NCBI GenBank assembly: GCA_965199955.1
Contig: CBDATQ010000001.1
Coordinates: forward strand, 640,001-704,000
Source of the DNA: Spirochaetia bacterium
GTDB taxonomy: Bacteria; Spirochaetota; Spirochaetia; SZUA-6; Bin103
DNA length: 64,000 nucleotides
Direction: 5' to 3'
The position numbers and the translations under genes were made by a program. A model generated the notes under the pieces. The model saw nothing but the letters and a program-made list of their open reading frames with translations. It was not told where the DNA came from and did not search any database. Below, piece after piece: positions 48,039 to 57,846 of the stretch; position 1 is the stretch's first letter, and each line of letters opens with the position of its first letter.

Positions 48039-49385
48039 CTATTGCGATGAGAAGATCTGGAAGCCCGAGTACGCCTCGGCCCCGTGCTCGTCGATGTCCA
48101 GGCCGCGCAGCTCCTCGTCGCGGCTGACGCGCAATCCCATGACCGCCTTGATGACCACGAAGAGCACGAAGCCGGCCGCCATGGTCCAGGCGAACACTGC
48201 CACGACGCCCACGAACTGTACGCCGAGCTGGGCCAGGCCGCCGCCGAAGAACAATCCCGAGACGCCGCCGATGGCCTCGTTCGCGAACAGGCCGACCGCC
48301 AGGGTGCCCCAGGCGCCGCACACGCCGTGCGCGGACACGGCGCCGATCGGATCGTCGATCTTGCACACCTTGTCCAGCAGCTCGACCGACAGCACGACCA
48401 GCACGCCGCCGAGCAGCCCGATCAGGACGGCCATGGCCGGCGCCACGAACGCGCAGCCGGCGGTGATCGACACCAGTCCGGCGATGGCGCCGTTGAGCGC
48501 GAAGGTGGGGTCGGGTTTGCGGAACCAGATCCAGGCGGTGAACAGCGCGCCCACCGCGCCGGCGGCGGCTGCCACGCTGGTGTTGAGCGCGATCAGGGCG
48601 ATGCTCAGGTCGGTGCCGGCCACCGTGCTGCCGGCGTTGAAGCCGAACCATCCGAACCAGAGGATGAAGACCCCCAGCGACGCGAGCGGCAGGCTGTGGC
48701 CGGGGATGGCGCGTGCGGTCAGGCCGGAGCCGTTCTGCACGTACTTGCCGACGCGGGGTCCGATGACCATGGCGCCCACCAGGCCCAGCCAGCCGCCGGT
48801 GGAGTGGACGACGGTGGAGCCGGCGAAGTCGGCGAAGCCGGGACCGATGTCGTTCAGCCAGCCGCCGCCCCAGGTCCAGTGGCCGACGATCGGATAGATC
48901 AGCGCGGTCACGAACACGCTGTAGACCATGTAGGCGGGAAAGCGGGTCCGTTCGGCCATGGAGCCGGAGACGATCGTCGCCGCGGTTGCGGCGAACATCG
49001 CCTGAAACAGCCAGAAGGCGAAGTCGGAAGCATTGCCGGTCCCGGCAGAGGTGAAGTTGGCCAGGAAGAAGTCGCTGCCGCCGAACAGACCGGCCTGGCT
49101 GGCCCCGAACATGAGGGCGTAGCCGATGGCCCAGAACGACAGCATGCCGATGGAGAAATCCATGAGGTTCTTCATCAGGATGTTGGCCGCGTTCTTGGCC
49201 CGGGTGAGGCCCGTTTCGAGCATCGCGAAGCCGGCCTGCATCAGGAAGACCAGGACGGCCGCGAGCAGCGTCCATACCGTGTCGATCGCCAGGGCATTGG
49301 AGTCGGCGTCCGCGAACGCGGCGAGCGCGACCCCCAGGCCCACGAGCACCAGGACACAGCGCTTGGGTGGGTGCGGTAGTTTCAT
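48039..49385 (-). CDS. amtB: Ammonium transporter
   Basis: [49 protein letters not shown]. Confidence 0.96.
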   Translation of the reverse strand: MKLPHPPKRCVLVLVGLGVALAAFADADSNALAIDTVWTLLAAVLVFLMQAGFAMLETGLTRAKNAANILMKNLMDFSIGMLSFWAIGYALMFGASQAGLFGGSDFFLANFTSAGTGNASDFAFWLFQAMFAATAATIVSGSMAERTRFPAYMVYSVFVTALIYPIVGHWTWGGGWLNDIGPGFADFAGSTVVHSTGGWLGLVGAMVIGPRVGKYVQNGSGLTARAIPGHSLPLASLGVFILWFGWFGFNAGSTVAGTDLSIALIALNTSVAAAAGAVGALFTAWIWFRKPDPTFALNGAIAGLVSITAGCAFVAPAMAVLIGLLGGVLVVLSVELLDKVCKIDDPIGAVSAHGVCGAWGTLAVGLFANEAIGGVSGLFFGGGLAQLGVQFVGVVAVFAWTMAAGFVLFVVIKAVMGLRVSRDEELRGLDIDEHGAEAYSGFQIFSSQ

Positions 49386-49396
49386 GCGCCAAATAA

Positions 49397-49412
49397 AGCA
49401 AAAGGCGTGCCA
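49397..49412 (-). promoter_or_regulatory. Sigma54 (-24/-12) promoter of amtB-glnK
   Basis: Minus strand TGGCACGCCTTTTGCT, matching consensus TGGCAC-N5-TTGC. Confidence 0.85.
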
Positions 49413-49441
49413 ATATCAGGAAACGAAGAAGGCCAGCCCAG

Positions 49442-49517
49442 TCCACGCCGGGGTAGGCCATTCGCTGTTGCTCTACCAAATGGTAGGACATATCGGCCGT
49501 TCTTACCGTGTCGTAGA
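49442..49517. promoter_or_regulatory. Three CCTAC-N6-GTAGG-like boxes upstream of amtB
   Basis: TCCAC-GCCGGG-GTAGG (49442), TCTAC-CAAATG-GTAGG (49472), CTTAC-CGTGTC-GTAGA (49502); exact 30-bp period. Confidence 0.65.
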
Positions 49518-49555
49518 AATCTCCGGCCGGCCGACGTGCAGGCTGCCGTTCGGAT

Positions 49556-51085
49556 TCAGGACCTGAACCGTTCGGGATCGATGCCGTACCTGCGGACCCG
49601 CAGTCCCATGATGCGCTCGGTGGTCCCGAGCCGGCGGCCGGCGGCCGACAGGTTGCCGCGCGCCCATTTCAGCGCCTCTTCGATCAACTCGCGCTCGACC
49701 CGCGCGATCATCGACTTCAGCGTCCCGCGCGGGCCGGTTCCGGTCGCGTCGGCGGTCTGCAGGCTCGGCGGCAGATGGTGCCCGTGAATGACCTGGTCGC
49801 TCGACAGCAGCGCGGCGCGCTCGATGCAGTTCTCCAGCTCGCGCACGTTGCCGGGCCAGTGGTAGCTCATCAGCATGTCGATCGCCGGCGTGGAGATGCG
49901 ACGCACCCCGTAGCGTTCGACGAAGTGGTCGGCGAGCTGCATGATGTCGCTCTTGCGCTCGCGCAGCGGCGGGATGTGAACGGGGAACACCGCCAGGCGG
50001 TAGTACAGGTCGGCGCGGAACACCTCCTGCTCGAGGAGCTCCTCCAGGTTGCGATTGGTAGCCGCGATCAGGCGCACGTCGCTGCGCAGGGTGGCGACCC
50101 CGCCGACGCGCTCGAACTCCCGCTCCTGCAGCACGCGCAGCAGCTTCACCTGCACGTGCGGCGCCAGGTCACCGATCTCGTCCAGGAAGATCGTGCCGCC
50201 GTGCGCGATCTCGAAGCGGCCCTTGCGCGAGGCGACGGCACCCGTGAACGCGCCCCGCTCGTGGCCGAACAGCTCGCTCTCGATCACGGAGTCGGGCAGC
50301 GCGGCGACGTTGACCTTCACGAACGGCCGCTCCGCGCGCGGGCTGTTGTAATGGATGGCATGGGCCACGAGATCCTTGCCGGTGCCGGTCTCTCCCCGCA
50401 GGAGGACGGTCGTCTCGCTGCCGGCGACCTGCTCGATGAGTCGGTAGACGGTCCGCATCGCTTCCGAGTTGCCGACGATGTTGGCCGGCCGGAACCGCGA
50501 CTTCAGCTCGCCGCGCAGGCGGTCGTTCTCGGCCGCCAGCCGCTGCCGCTGCTCTTCCGCGGTCTGGCGCAGCTTGACCGCCTGCGCGATCATCGACGCG
50601 ACGATCGACAGCAGCCTGACGATGTCTTCCGAAGCGTCGGGGTCCGCCAGGCGGCCGGTGGCCAGCGCGCCGACCACCTGATTGCCGAGCTTGATCGGTA
50701 CGCAAGTGAACGACTCCCCGGCCGCGGGGCCGGTGTCGATGGCGCCGGTACGATTGAGGAACAGCGGCTCGGCGGCCACGTCGGGGACATAGACCGGCTG
50801 CCCGTTCTGGATGACGCGGCCGATGATGCCCTCGCCGATCCGGTAGCGGCCGCGCTCGCGCTGCAGTTCGGAGAGGCCCAGCGCGGCCTCGATCGAGATC
50901 TCTCCGGTTTCGCGGTTGAGCAGTCCCAGCACGCCGATGCGGACGCCAAGCCGGCTGTGCAACACCTCCAGCACCGGACCGAGCACCTCGCGCAGATCCA
51001 GGCTTTCGTCGAGGATCCGGCTGATGTGGAACAGCAGGGTCAGCTCGCGGACGTCGCCGCGCACACCGTCCGGAGTTTCGGTCAT
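49556..51085 (-). CDS. NifA-like sigma54-dependent activator (GAF-AAA+-HTH)
   Basis: GAF (YRIGEGIIGRV..EPLFLNRT), GETGTGKD, GAFTGA, FLDEIGD, WPGNVRELEN, C-terminal Fis-type HTH. Confidence 0.92.
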   Translation of the reverse strand: MTETPDGVRGDVRELTLLFHISRILDESLDLREVLGPVLEVLHSRLGVRIGVLGLLNRETGEISIEAALGLSELQRERGRYRIGEGIIGRVIQNGQPVYVPDVAAEPLFLNRTGAIDTGPAAGESFTCVPIKLGNQVVGALATGRLADPDASEDIVRLLSIVASMIAQAVKLRQTAEEQRQRLAAENDRLRGELKSRFRPANIVGNSEAMRTVYRLIEQVAGSETTVLLRGETGTGKDLVAHAIHYNSPRAERPFVKVNVAALPDSVIESELFGHERGAFTGAVASRKGRFEIAHGGTIFLDEIGDLAPHVQVKLLRVLQEREFERVGGVATLRSDVRLIAATNRNLEELLEQEVFRADLYYRLAVFPVHIPPLRERKSDIMQLADHFVERYGVRRISTPAIDMLMSYHWPGNVRELENCIERAALLSSDQVIHGHHLPPSLQTADATGTGPRGTLKSMIARVERELIEEALKWARGNLSAAGRRLGTTERIMGLRVRRYGIDPERFRS

Positions 51086-51256
51086 CCTCACACACAGGGC
51101 ATGAGTCGGCAGAGTCCTGTCAAGCTCTCCTACCGGGATCTCATGGCAGCAAAGCGACGCCCGCCGCATATGCGGCGGGCGCCTGTCGATGTCGCCGTGG
51201 TCAGCGGCGACAAGGGTCCGGTGGTGATTGCCGCTTTGATGAAGCGCGGTGAATCG

Positions 51257-51285
51257 TTGACCGCGGAATGCCCCGGCCGTATCCT
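51257..51285 (+). promoter_or_regulatory. Sigma70-type promoter of the aminotransferase (probably leaderless transcript)
   Basis: TTGACC-17 nt-TATCCT; GTG start follows after 7 nt. Confidence 0.6.
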
Positions 51286-51292
51286 CCGCTGC

Positions 51293-52636
51293 GTGTCCGA
51301 GACATCCGCCATCCATCCGCTTGCCGCAGAGCTCAACCGGGTTCTGGAGCCCACGGCGATAGGCCGCTCATTCTCCGCACTGGGCCATCGCCTGTACTTC
51401 CCCAAGGGGGTTGTCGCCCAGTCCGCGGAGGCGGCCGAGCACGCCGACCGCTTCAACGCGACGGTCGGGCTGGCGGCCAGCGGCGGCGAGCCCATGCACC
51501 TTCCGGCGATCGCCGATCGTCTTCCCGGCCTGACCGCCGAGGAGGCGTTCGCGTACGCGCCCACCGCGGGGATACCCGCGCTTCGGGACCGCTGGGCGGA
51601 AGAGCTGAGTACCAAGAACCCTTCGCTGAGATCGGCGGTGTCGCGGCCGGTCGTGACGGCGGGCCTTACGGCGGGGATCGGCCTGGCGTCCGACCTGTTC
51701 GTGGATGCCGATGATCCGGTGCTGCTGCCGGACCTGGTCTGGGGTAATTACCGATTGATCATGGGCGAGCGGCGCGGCGCCCGCGTGGAGGGTTACCCGT
51801 TCTTCGCCGGGGATCGCATGGACCTGGACGCCGTACAATTGACGCTCGCCCGACACCCGGAGGGGGCCAAGGTCGTGGCGATGTTCAACTTCCCTCACAA
51901 CCCGACCGGCTACTCACCGAGCCGGGCGGAAGCGGAACGCCTGACCGCGACCCTGGCCGCGGCGGCCGAGCGCGGCGTGCAGCTCGTGGTGCTGATCGAC
52001 GACGCCTATCACGGTCTGTTCTACGAAGAGGAGACGCTCAAGGAGTCACTGTTCGCCCGCCTCGCGGCCCTGCATCCGAACCTGCTGGCGATCAAGATCG
52101 ACGGACCGACCAAGGAAGAGTACGTCTGGGGCTTCCGGATCGGCTTCGTCACCGTCGGCGCCGCCGGCCTGGGCGACGAGCACTACCGGGCGTTCGAGCA
52201 GAAAGCGATGGCGGCCATCCGCTCCACGGTGTCCAGCGCCAACCGGATGGCGCAGCACCTGGTGCTGGCCGCCCTGGACCACCCCGAGCACGCAAGGCAG
52301 CGTGACGCCAACCAGGAAGAGTTGCGGCGCCGCTATCTGACCACGTTCCGCGAGGTCGGCAAGCGGTCGAGCGCGGCGATCCGGCCGCTGCCGTTCAACT
52401 CCGGCTACTTCATGTGCTTCCACTTGCCGGACGGGACCGCGGAGGACGTGCGGCGCTACCTCCTGCACGAGCGTGGCATCGGCACGATCTCGGTCGACGC
52501 CGAACACCTGCGGGTGGCGTTCGCGGGCGTCGATACCGACGACCTGCCGGAGCTCTATGCCGAGATCTACGCCGCTGCCGAACGGTGCGCGGTGCAGGCC
52601 GAACCGCCGGAAGGTGTCACGGCGGCGAGCCGTTGA
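51293..52636 (+). CDS. Class I/II PLP-dependent aminotransferase
   Basis: FNATVG, WGNY, NFPHNPTGYSP, DDAY, DGPTKEEYVWGFRIGF, PFNSGYF. Confidence 0.9.
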   Translation: MSETSAIHPLAAELNRVLEPTAIGRSFSALGHRLYFPKGVVAQSAEAAEHADRFNATVGLAASGGEPMHLPAIADRLPGLTAEEAFAYAPTAGIPALRDRWAEELSTKNPSLRSAVSRPVVTAGLTAGIGLASDLFVDADDPVLLPDLVWGNYRLIMGERRGARVEGYPFFAGDRMDLDAVQLTLARHPEGAKVVAMFNFPHNPTGYSPSRAEAERLTATLAAAAERGVQLVVLIDDAYHGLFYEEETLKESLFARLAALHPNLLAIKIDGPTKEEYVWGFRIGFVTVGAAGLGDEHYRAFEQKAMAAIRSTVSSANRMAQHLVLAALDHPEHARQRDANQEELRRRYLTTFREVGKRSSAAIRPLPFNSGYFMCFHLPDGTAEDVRRYLLHERGIGTISVDAEHLRVAFAGVDTDDLPELYAEIYAAAERCAVQAEPPEGVTAASR

Positions 52637-53871
52637 CCCGCTCGCCCGCGGCGCGGGCGCTGATCGCCCTGGCCCTCGCCTGCTTCCTGGGGGCCTGCAC
52701 GGGGTCGTACAGGACGCTCGTCCACGTCGACACCGTCCACGCCGACGTTGCCGCCTACGCGGAGCGCTACAATCTCTCCCAGGATCGGTACCGGGTCGTG
52801 ACCCGCTTCGCCGACGCTCCGGCCGAGTCGCTCGCGCGCGGCGGCAGCGATGCCGACGTTCTGATCGGTCCGGGCCTTGCGGGCCGCGATCTGGCCGAAA
52901 GGCTGCTGCCCCTGGACGGCCTGTTTCGGTCCGGTCTCCTCCGCGCGTCCGCCTTCTTCCCCAGCCTGCTGGAGTCGGGCCGAGCCGACGGCGTCCTCCG
53001 CGCCCTGCCGCTGTCATTCCGCGTTCCGGTGATCGCCGTGCGCGCCGGCCGGGACGATCTTCCATCGTTCTCGGTCACACCGGACGAGTTGGCGGCGCTC
53101 GGTCCGGCATCGAGCAGTTGGAGCGCGGAGCTGGTCTACCACGCGGCCGTGCTCTACGGTGCCGACTTTCGGCGGTTGCCGGGCGGCCGGCTGGGCCTGC
53201 GGAAGGGCGCGGTCGACCGGGCGGTCGATCAGGCGCGCCGGTGGTTTGAAGCGGAGCCGGGCGGGCTTCCATCCGACACGCCCTACGCCAAACCTCGCGG
53301 CGCTCTGCCGCCGGTGCAGATGCTGCTGGACGGACGAATCGAGTTCTTCCTGACCGACCTGCATCGGTTCGTGGACTTTCCTGCCGAGCGCCGCGACCAG
53401 CTCGCCATGCGCTGGTTGGGGAGCGGGGAGGGGTTGCTGGCGGCCGACGACCTGACCTACGCGGCGATCCGTGCCCGGGCGCCCAACGCGCGCGGCGCAC
53501 AGGCGTTCCTGCTCTGGCTGTTCGAGCCTGCCACGCAGGCGGCGCTGCTCGAGCTCGGCCGGCGCGAGCACCTCGCGGGGTTCGGTATCGCCGATGGACT
53601 GCCGGCCCTCGTGGAGTCGGCCCGGCACGACCTGGCCACGCATTATCCGGTGCTGGTCGGGCGCGTCCCGAGCGCGGCCGAGCTCCGCGCTCCGGCGGCG
53701 CCCGGCGCCGACTGGGCACGGCTGCGCGAGGCGGTGGTGCTGCCGTGGCTGCGGGCCGAAACGCGAGGTGCCGAACAGCCGGCATTGGCCGACGCGGTGG
53801 CCGCGTGGCGGCAGCGGCGAACGGACGTGGCGGCGCAGGCGGCCACGGGAAGACCCGGCCCGTCGCGTTGA
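52633..53871 (+). CDS. Putative lipoprotein, ABC extracellular solute-binding-like
   Basis: TTG overlapping the upstream stop; lipobox LGAC; LPLSFRVP; AQAFLLWL; precedes an ABC ATPase. Confidence 0.6.
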   Translation: MTRSPAARALIALALACFLGACTGSYRTLVHVDTVHADVAAYAERYNLSQDRYRVVTRFADAPAESLARGGSDADVLIGPGLAGRDLAERLLPLDGLFRSGLLRASAFFPSLLESGRADGVLRALPLSFRVPVIAVRAGRDDLPSFSVTPDELAALGPASSSWSAELVYHAAVLYGADFRRLPGGRLGLRKGAVDRAVDQARRWFEAEPGGLPSDTPYAKPRGALPPVQMLLDGRIEFFLTDLHRFVDFPAERRDQLAMRWLGSGEGLLAADDLTYAAIRARAPNARGAQAFLLWLFEPATQAALLELGRREHLAGFGIADGLPALVESARHDLATHYPVLVGRVPSAAELRAPAAPGADWARLREAVVLPWLRAETRGAEQPALADAVAAWRQRRTDVAAQAATGRPGPSR

Positions 53872-53896
53872 CACGGGCAAGAACGGCCGGTAGGCT
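53868..53896 (+). promoter_or_regulatory. Sigma70-type promoter of the ABC ATPase gene
   Basis: TTGACA-17 nt-TAGGCT. Confidence 0.6.
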
Positions 53897-53955
53897 TGCC
53901 GGGTAACATAATCTGCCGGGACCATGGGTCCTCATGCCCGGCCAGGAGAGACACT

Positions 53956-55068
<1,113 letters not shown>

Positions 55069-55099
55069 CGGAAACAGAAAGGAAGGTTAGGGCGAACTC

Positions 55100-57799
55100 A
55101 TGACCAAGCACCCGGTCACCAGGTGGTACCGCCTCGCGATCGCTGCCGTAGTACCGCTGGTGCTTACGGTCTGTTATACGCCGCCCGACGCAATCGATTC
55201 GATTTCCGACCTCGGCAATGTCGAAGTAGAGGTGCCGTCGACGACGGCGCTCGCTGCGGCCGAACCGGTGCCCCCGGTCCGGCCGGAGATGGCGGCTGCG
55301 GCCCTTGCCCAACCGTCCCAGCCCGCTCCGGACGCGGGCCTGATCGGCCCGGACGGCACGGCGACCCTCGCCGCGCGCACGGAGCCGTCACCCCCTCCGC
55401 ATCCGGCAGTACTGGCCGTGGTTCCGATGGGCGAAGTGGGTGTGCCTGGGACGCCGATGGGCGTCGGGCCTGACCAGAGCATGGAGATGGAGCCGACGGC
55501 GCCGGCACACCCGGTGACGCTGGCGGTGGTGCCTGCGGGCGAGCCCGCGGTACCTGGGACGCCGATGGGCGTCGGGCCTGACCAGAGCATGGAGATGGAG
55601 CCGACGGCGCCGGCACACCCGGTGACGCTGGCGGTGGTGCCTGCGGGCGAGCCCGCGGTACCTGGGACGCCGATGGGCGTCGGGCCTGACCAGAGCATGG
55701 AGATGGAGCCGACGGCGCCGGCACACCCGGTGACGCTGGCGGTGGTGCCTGCGGGCGAGCCCGCGGTACCTGGGACGCCGATGGGCGTCGGGCCTGACCA
55801 GAGCATGGAGATGGAGCCGACGGCGCCGGCACACCCGGTGACGCTGGCGGTGGTGCCTGCGGGCGAGCCCGCGGTACCTGGGACGCCGATGGGCGTCGGG
55901 CCTGACCAGAGCATGGAGATGGAGCCGACGGCGCCGGCACACCCGGTGACGCTGGCGGTGGTGCCTGCGGGCGAGCCCGCGGTACCTGGGACGCCGATGG
56001 GCGTCGGGCCTGACCAGAGCATGGAGATGGAGCCGACGGCGCCGGCACACCCGGTGACGCTGGCGATGGTGCCTGCGGGCGAGCCCGCGGTACCTGGGAC
56101 GCCGATGGGCGTTGGGGCCGATGGGACGCCTGATCAGGGCACGGAGATGGAGCCGATGGCGCCGGGTCATCCCGTGATGGTCGCGGGGATGATCGGCGTA
56201 CCGGGCGAGATCGGAGTGCCGGCCGGTGTCGGAGCCGACGGGACGGCGATGCAGGCAGCGTACGTAGCGCCGGTGCGCCCGGGGCATCCGGCGATGGGCG
56301 CCGTCGCCGCGAGCGTGCCCGGCGGGATCGGTGTTCCGCTTGGGGCCGGCACCGGCGAATCACCGCAGCTCGGCGCGCAGATGGAGCCGCCTCGACCGGC
56401 GCATCCGGAGGCGCCGGCAGCGTCGCTGATGGCCGCGCTGGCCGAACCGGCAGCACCCTTGGGCGCCGACGGAGCGGACGCGGTGCGTGACCGCGCTGGA
56501 GTCGAGCCGCCGGCGGCGCCACTGCATCCCGCGATGGACTGGTCGGTGCCCGCGGTGGCGGCGCAACCGGCGCCTGCGGGCGCGGCGGGACCGTCGGTCA
56601 TCACGGGTCCGACCGACGCCGACTTCGATCGGGTGCGCGTGCTCATCGCGCGTGCCGAAGAGGTCGACGCCGACTTCTACGACCCGCAGAACCTGAACGC
56701 GGCGCGCGACGCCCTGGCCCTCGCCGAACGCATTCGTGCGTCCGATCCGGTCGGATCGCACGTGGCGTTGGCGGTGGCCGAAGCGCGGGCGACGGAAGCG
56801 TTCGAGAGCGCGGTGCGGCTGACCGCGGAGCGGCTGCGCAAGCTGCTGGCGCAACGCCTCGAGGAGTTGCGGGAGATCCAGGCGGATCTCTGGGTGCCGG
56901 TATCCTTCCAGGAGATGGTCGACGCCGTGCAGCGCGTCGAAGAGCTGTTCGCAGCGGGCGACCTGTTCGGTGCGTACGAGCTGGCGCTGGCGACCGCGGA
57001 CGACATGCTCACGTTGCGCGATTCACTGCTCGATCGGCTCGAGCTGTTGTACGGCGCACGGGCGGAGACTGAGCGCTGCCTTGCGGCGGCCCAGAACCTG
57101 GACACGAGCACCTGGACCGCATCCAGGCTTGCGGAGTTGCAGTCGCTGTACGATCAGCTCAACGCGCTCTACCTGGTTGGTCTTGAAGCCATGCAGAGCT
57201 ACCGGCTGGCCGACGCCGAAGAGGCGTTCGGCGCCGCGGTAGAGGTGTGCCGCAGGCTGATGGCGGTGGCCGACGACGCCTACATGGACCTGAGGGACCA
57301 GGCCGCCGCGCTGATGAAGGCGGTGATGGAAGAGATCGAGGAAGCGTCGGCGCTGCACGTGATCACCGAAACGGGCGACGTGATCAGGCCGCAGCCGTGG
57401 AACGGCCAGGAGGTGCTGGACCAGCTCCGCGCCGGCGGCGCGCAACGCGACGCGCTCCTCGACGGGATCGGTCGCGAGGGCCAGAACGACCTGCAAACGG
57501 CGCAGGGGCTCTGGATGGAAGGAGTGGTCGAGTTCGACGACGAGAAGTACGGACAGGCCATCAGCCTCTTCGAGGACGCGCGACGCTACCTGGAGCGCTA
57601 CAAGTTCTACGTGGTGCTCGGCATCCATACCGTGCGGTTGATACCGGAGCGGCGCGAGAGCCTGTGGCGCATCGCGGAGTACCCGCAGTGGTACAGCGAT
57701 CCGTTCCTGTGGCCGAGGATCTGGCGGCGCAACCGTGACCTGATCCAGAACCCCGACCTGATCTATCCGGGCTGGCAGTTGATCATCCCGGCAATCTGA
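55100..57799 (+). CDS. Exported LysM-domain protein with Pro/Met-rich tandem repeats
   Basis: N-terminal hydrophobic signal ending LTVC; C-terminal SLWRIA..WPRIWRRNRDLIQNPDLIYPGWQLIIP. Confidence 0.85.
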   Translation: MTKHPVTRWYRLAIAAVVPLVLTVCYTPPDAIDSISDLGNVEVEVPSTTALAAAEPVPPVRPEMAAAALAQPSQPAPDAGLIGPDGTATLAARTEPSPPPHPAVLAVVPMGEVGVPGTPMGVGPDQSMEMEPTAPAHPVTLAVVPAGEPAVPGTPMGVGPDQSMEMEPTAPAHPVTLAVVPAGEPAVPGTPMGVGPDQSMEMEPTAPAHPVTLAVVPAGEPAVPGTPMGVGPDQSMEMEPTAPAHPVTLAVVPAGEPAVPGTPMGVGPDQSMEMEPTAPAHPVTLAVVPAGEPAVPGTPMGVGPDQSMEMEPTAPAHPVTLAMVPAGEPAVPGTPMGVGADGTPDQGTEMEPMAPGHPVMVAGMIGVPGEIGVPAGVGADGTAMQAAYVAPVRPGHPAMGAVAASVPGGIGVPLGAGTGESPQLGAQMEPPRPAHPEAPAASLMAALAEPAAPLGADGADAVRDRAGVEPPAAPLHPAMDWSVPAVAAQPAPAGAAGPSVITGPTDADFDRVRVLIARAEEVDADFYDPQNLNAARDALALAERIRASDPVGSHVALAVAEARATEAFESAVRLTAERLRKLLAQRLEELREIQADLWVPVSFQEMVDAVQRVEELFAAGDLFGAYELALATADDMLTLRDSLLDRLELLYGARAETERCLAAAQNLDTSTWTASRLAELQSLYDQLNALYLVGLEAMQSYRLADAEEAFGAAVEVCRRLMAVADDAYMDLRDQAAALMKAVMEEIEEASALHVITETGDVIRPQPWNGQEVLDQLRAGGAQRDALLDGIGREGQNDLQTAQGLWMEGVVEFDDEKYGQAISLFEDARRYLERYKFYVVLGIHTVRLIPERRESLWRIAEYPQWYSDPFLWPRIWRRNRDLIQNPDLIYPGWQLIIPAI
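55445..56112 (+). repeat. In-frame 108-bp tandem repeat, six copies plus a partial
   Basis: Units start at 55445, 55553, 55661, 55769, 55877, 55985 and 56093; unit PGTPMGVGPDQSMEMEPTAPAHPVTLAVVPAGEPAV. Confidence 0.95.
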
Positions 57800-57846
57800 G
57801 CCACGGAGGGGTTGCCAGGCTCTGCCTGGCACTGACAGAGCCCACG

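Noticed and set aside
51129..51144. CCTAC half-site upstream of the activator as an autoregulatory box
   Set aside because: The right arm GTAGG is absent (CTCAT).
55445..56112. Tandem array as a possible CRISPR
   Set aside because: No unique spacers, the unit is an in-frame 108 bp inside a CDS, and no cas genes are present.
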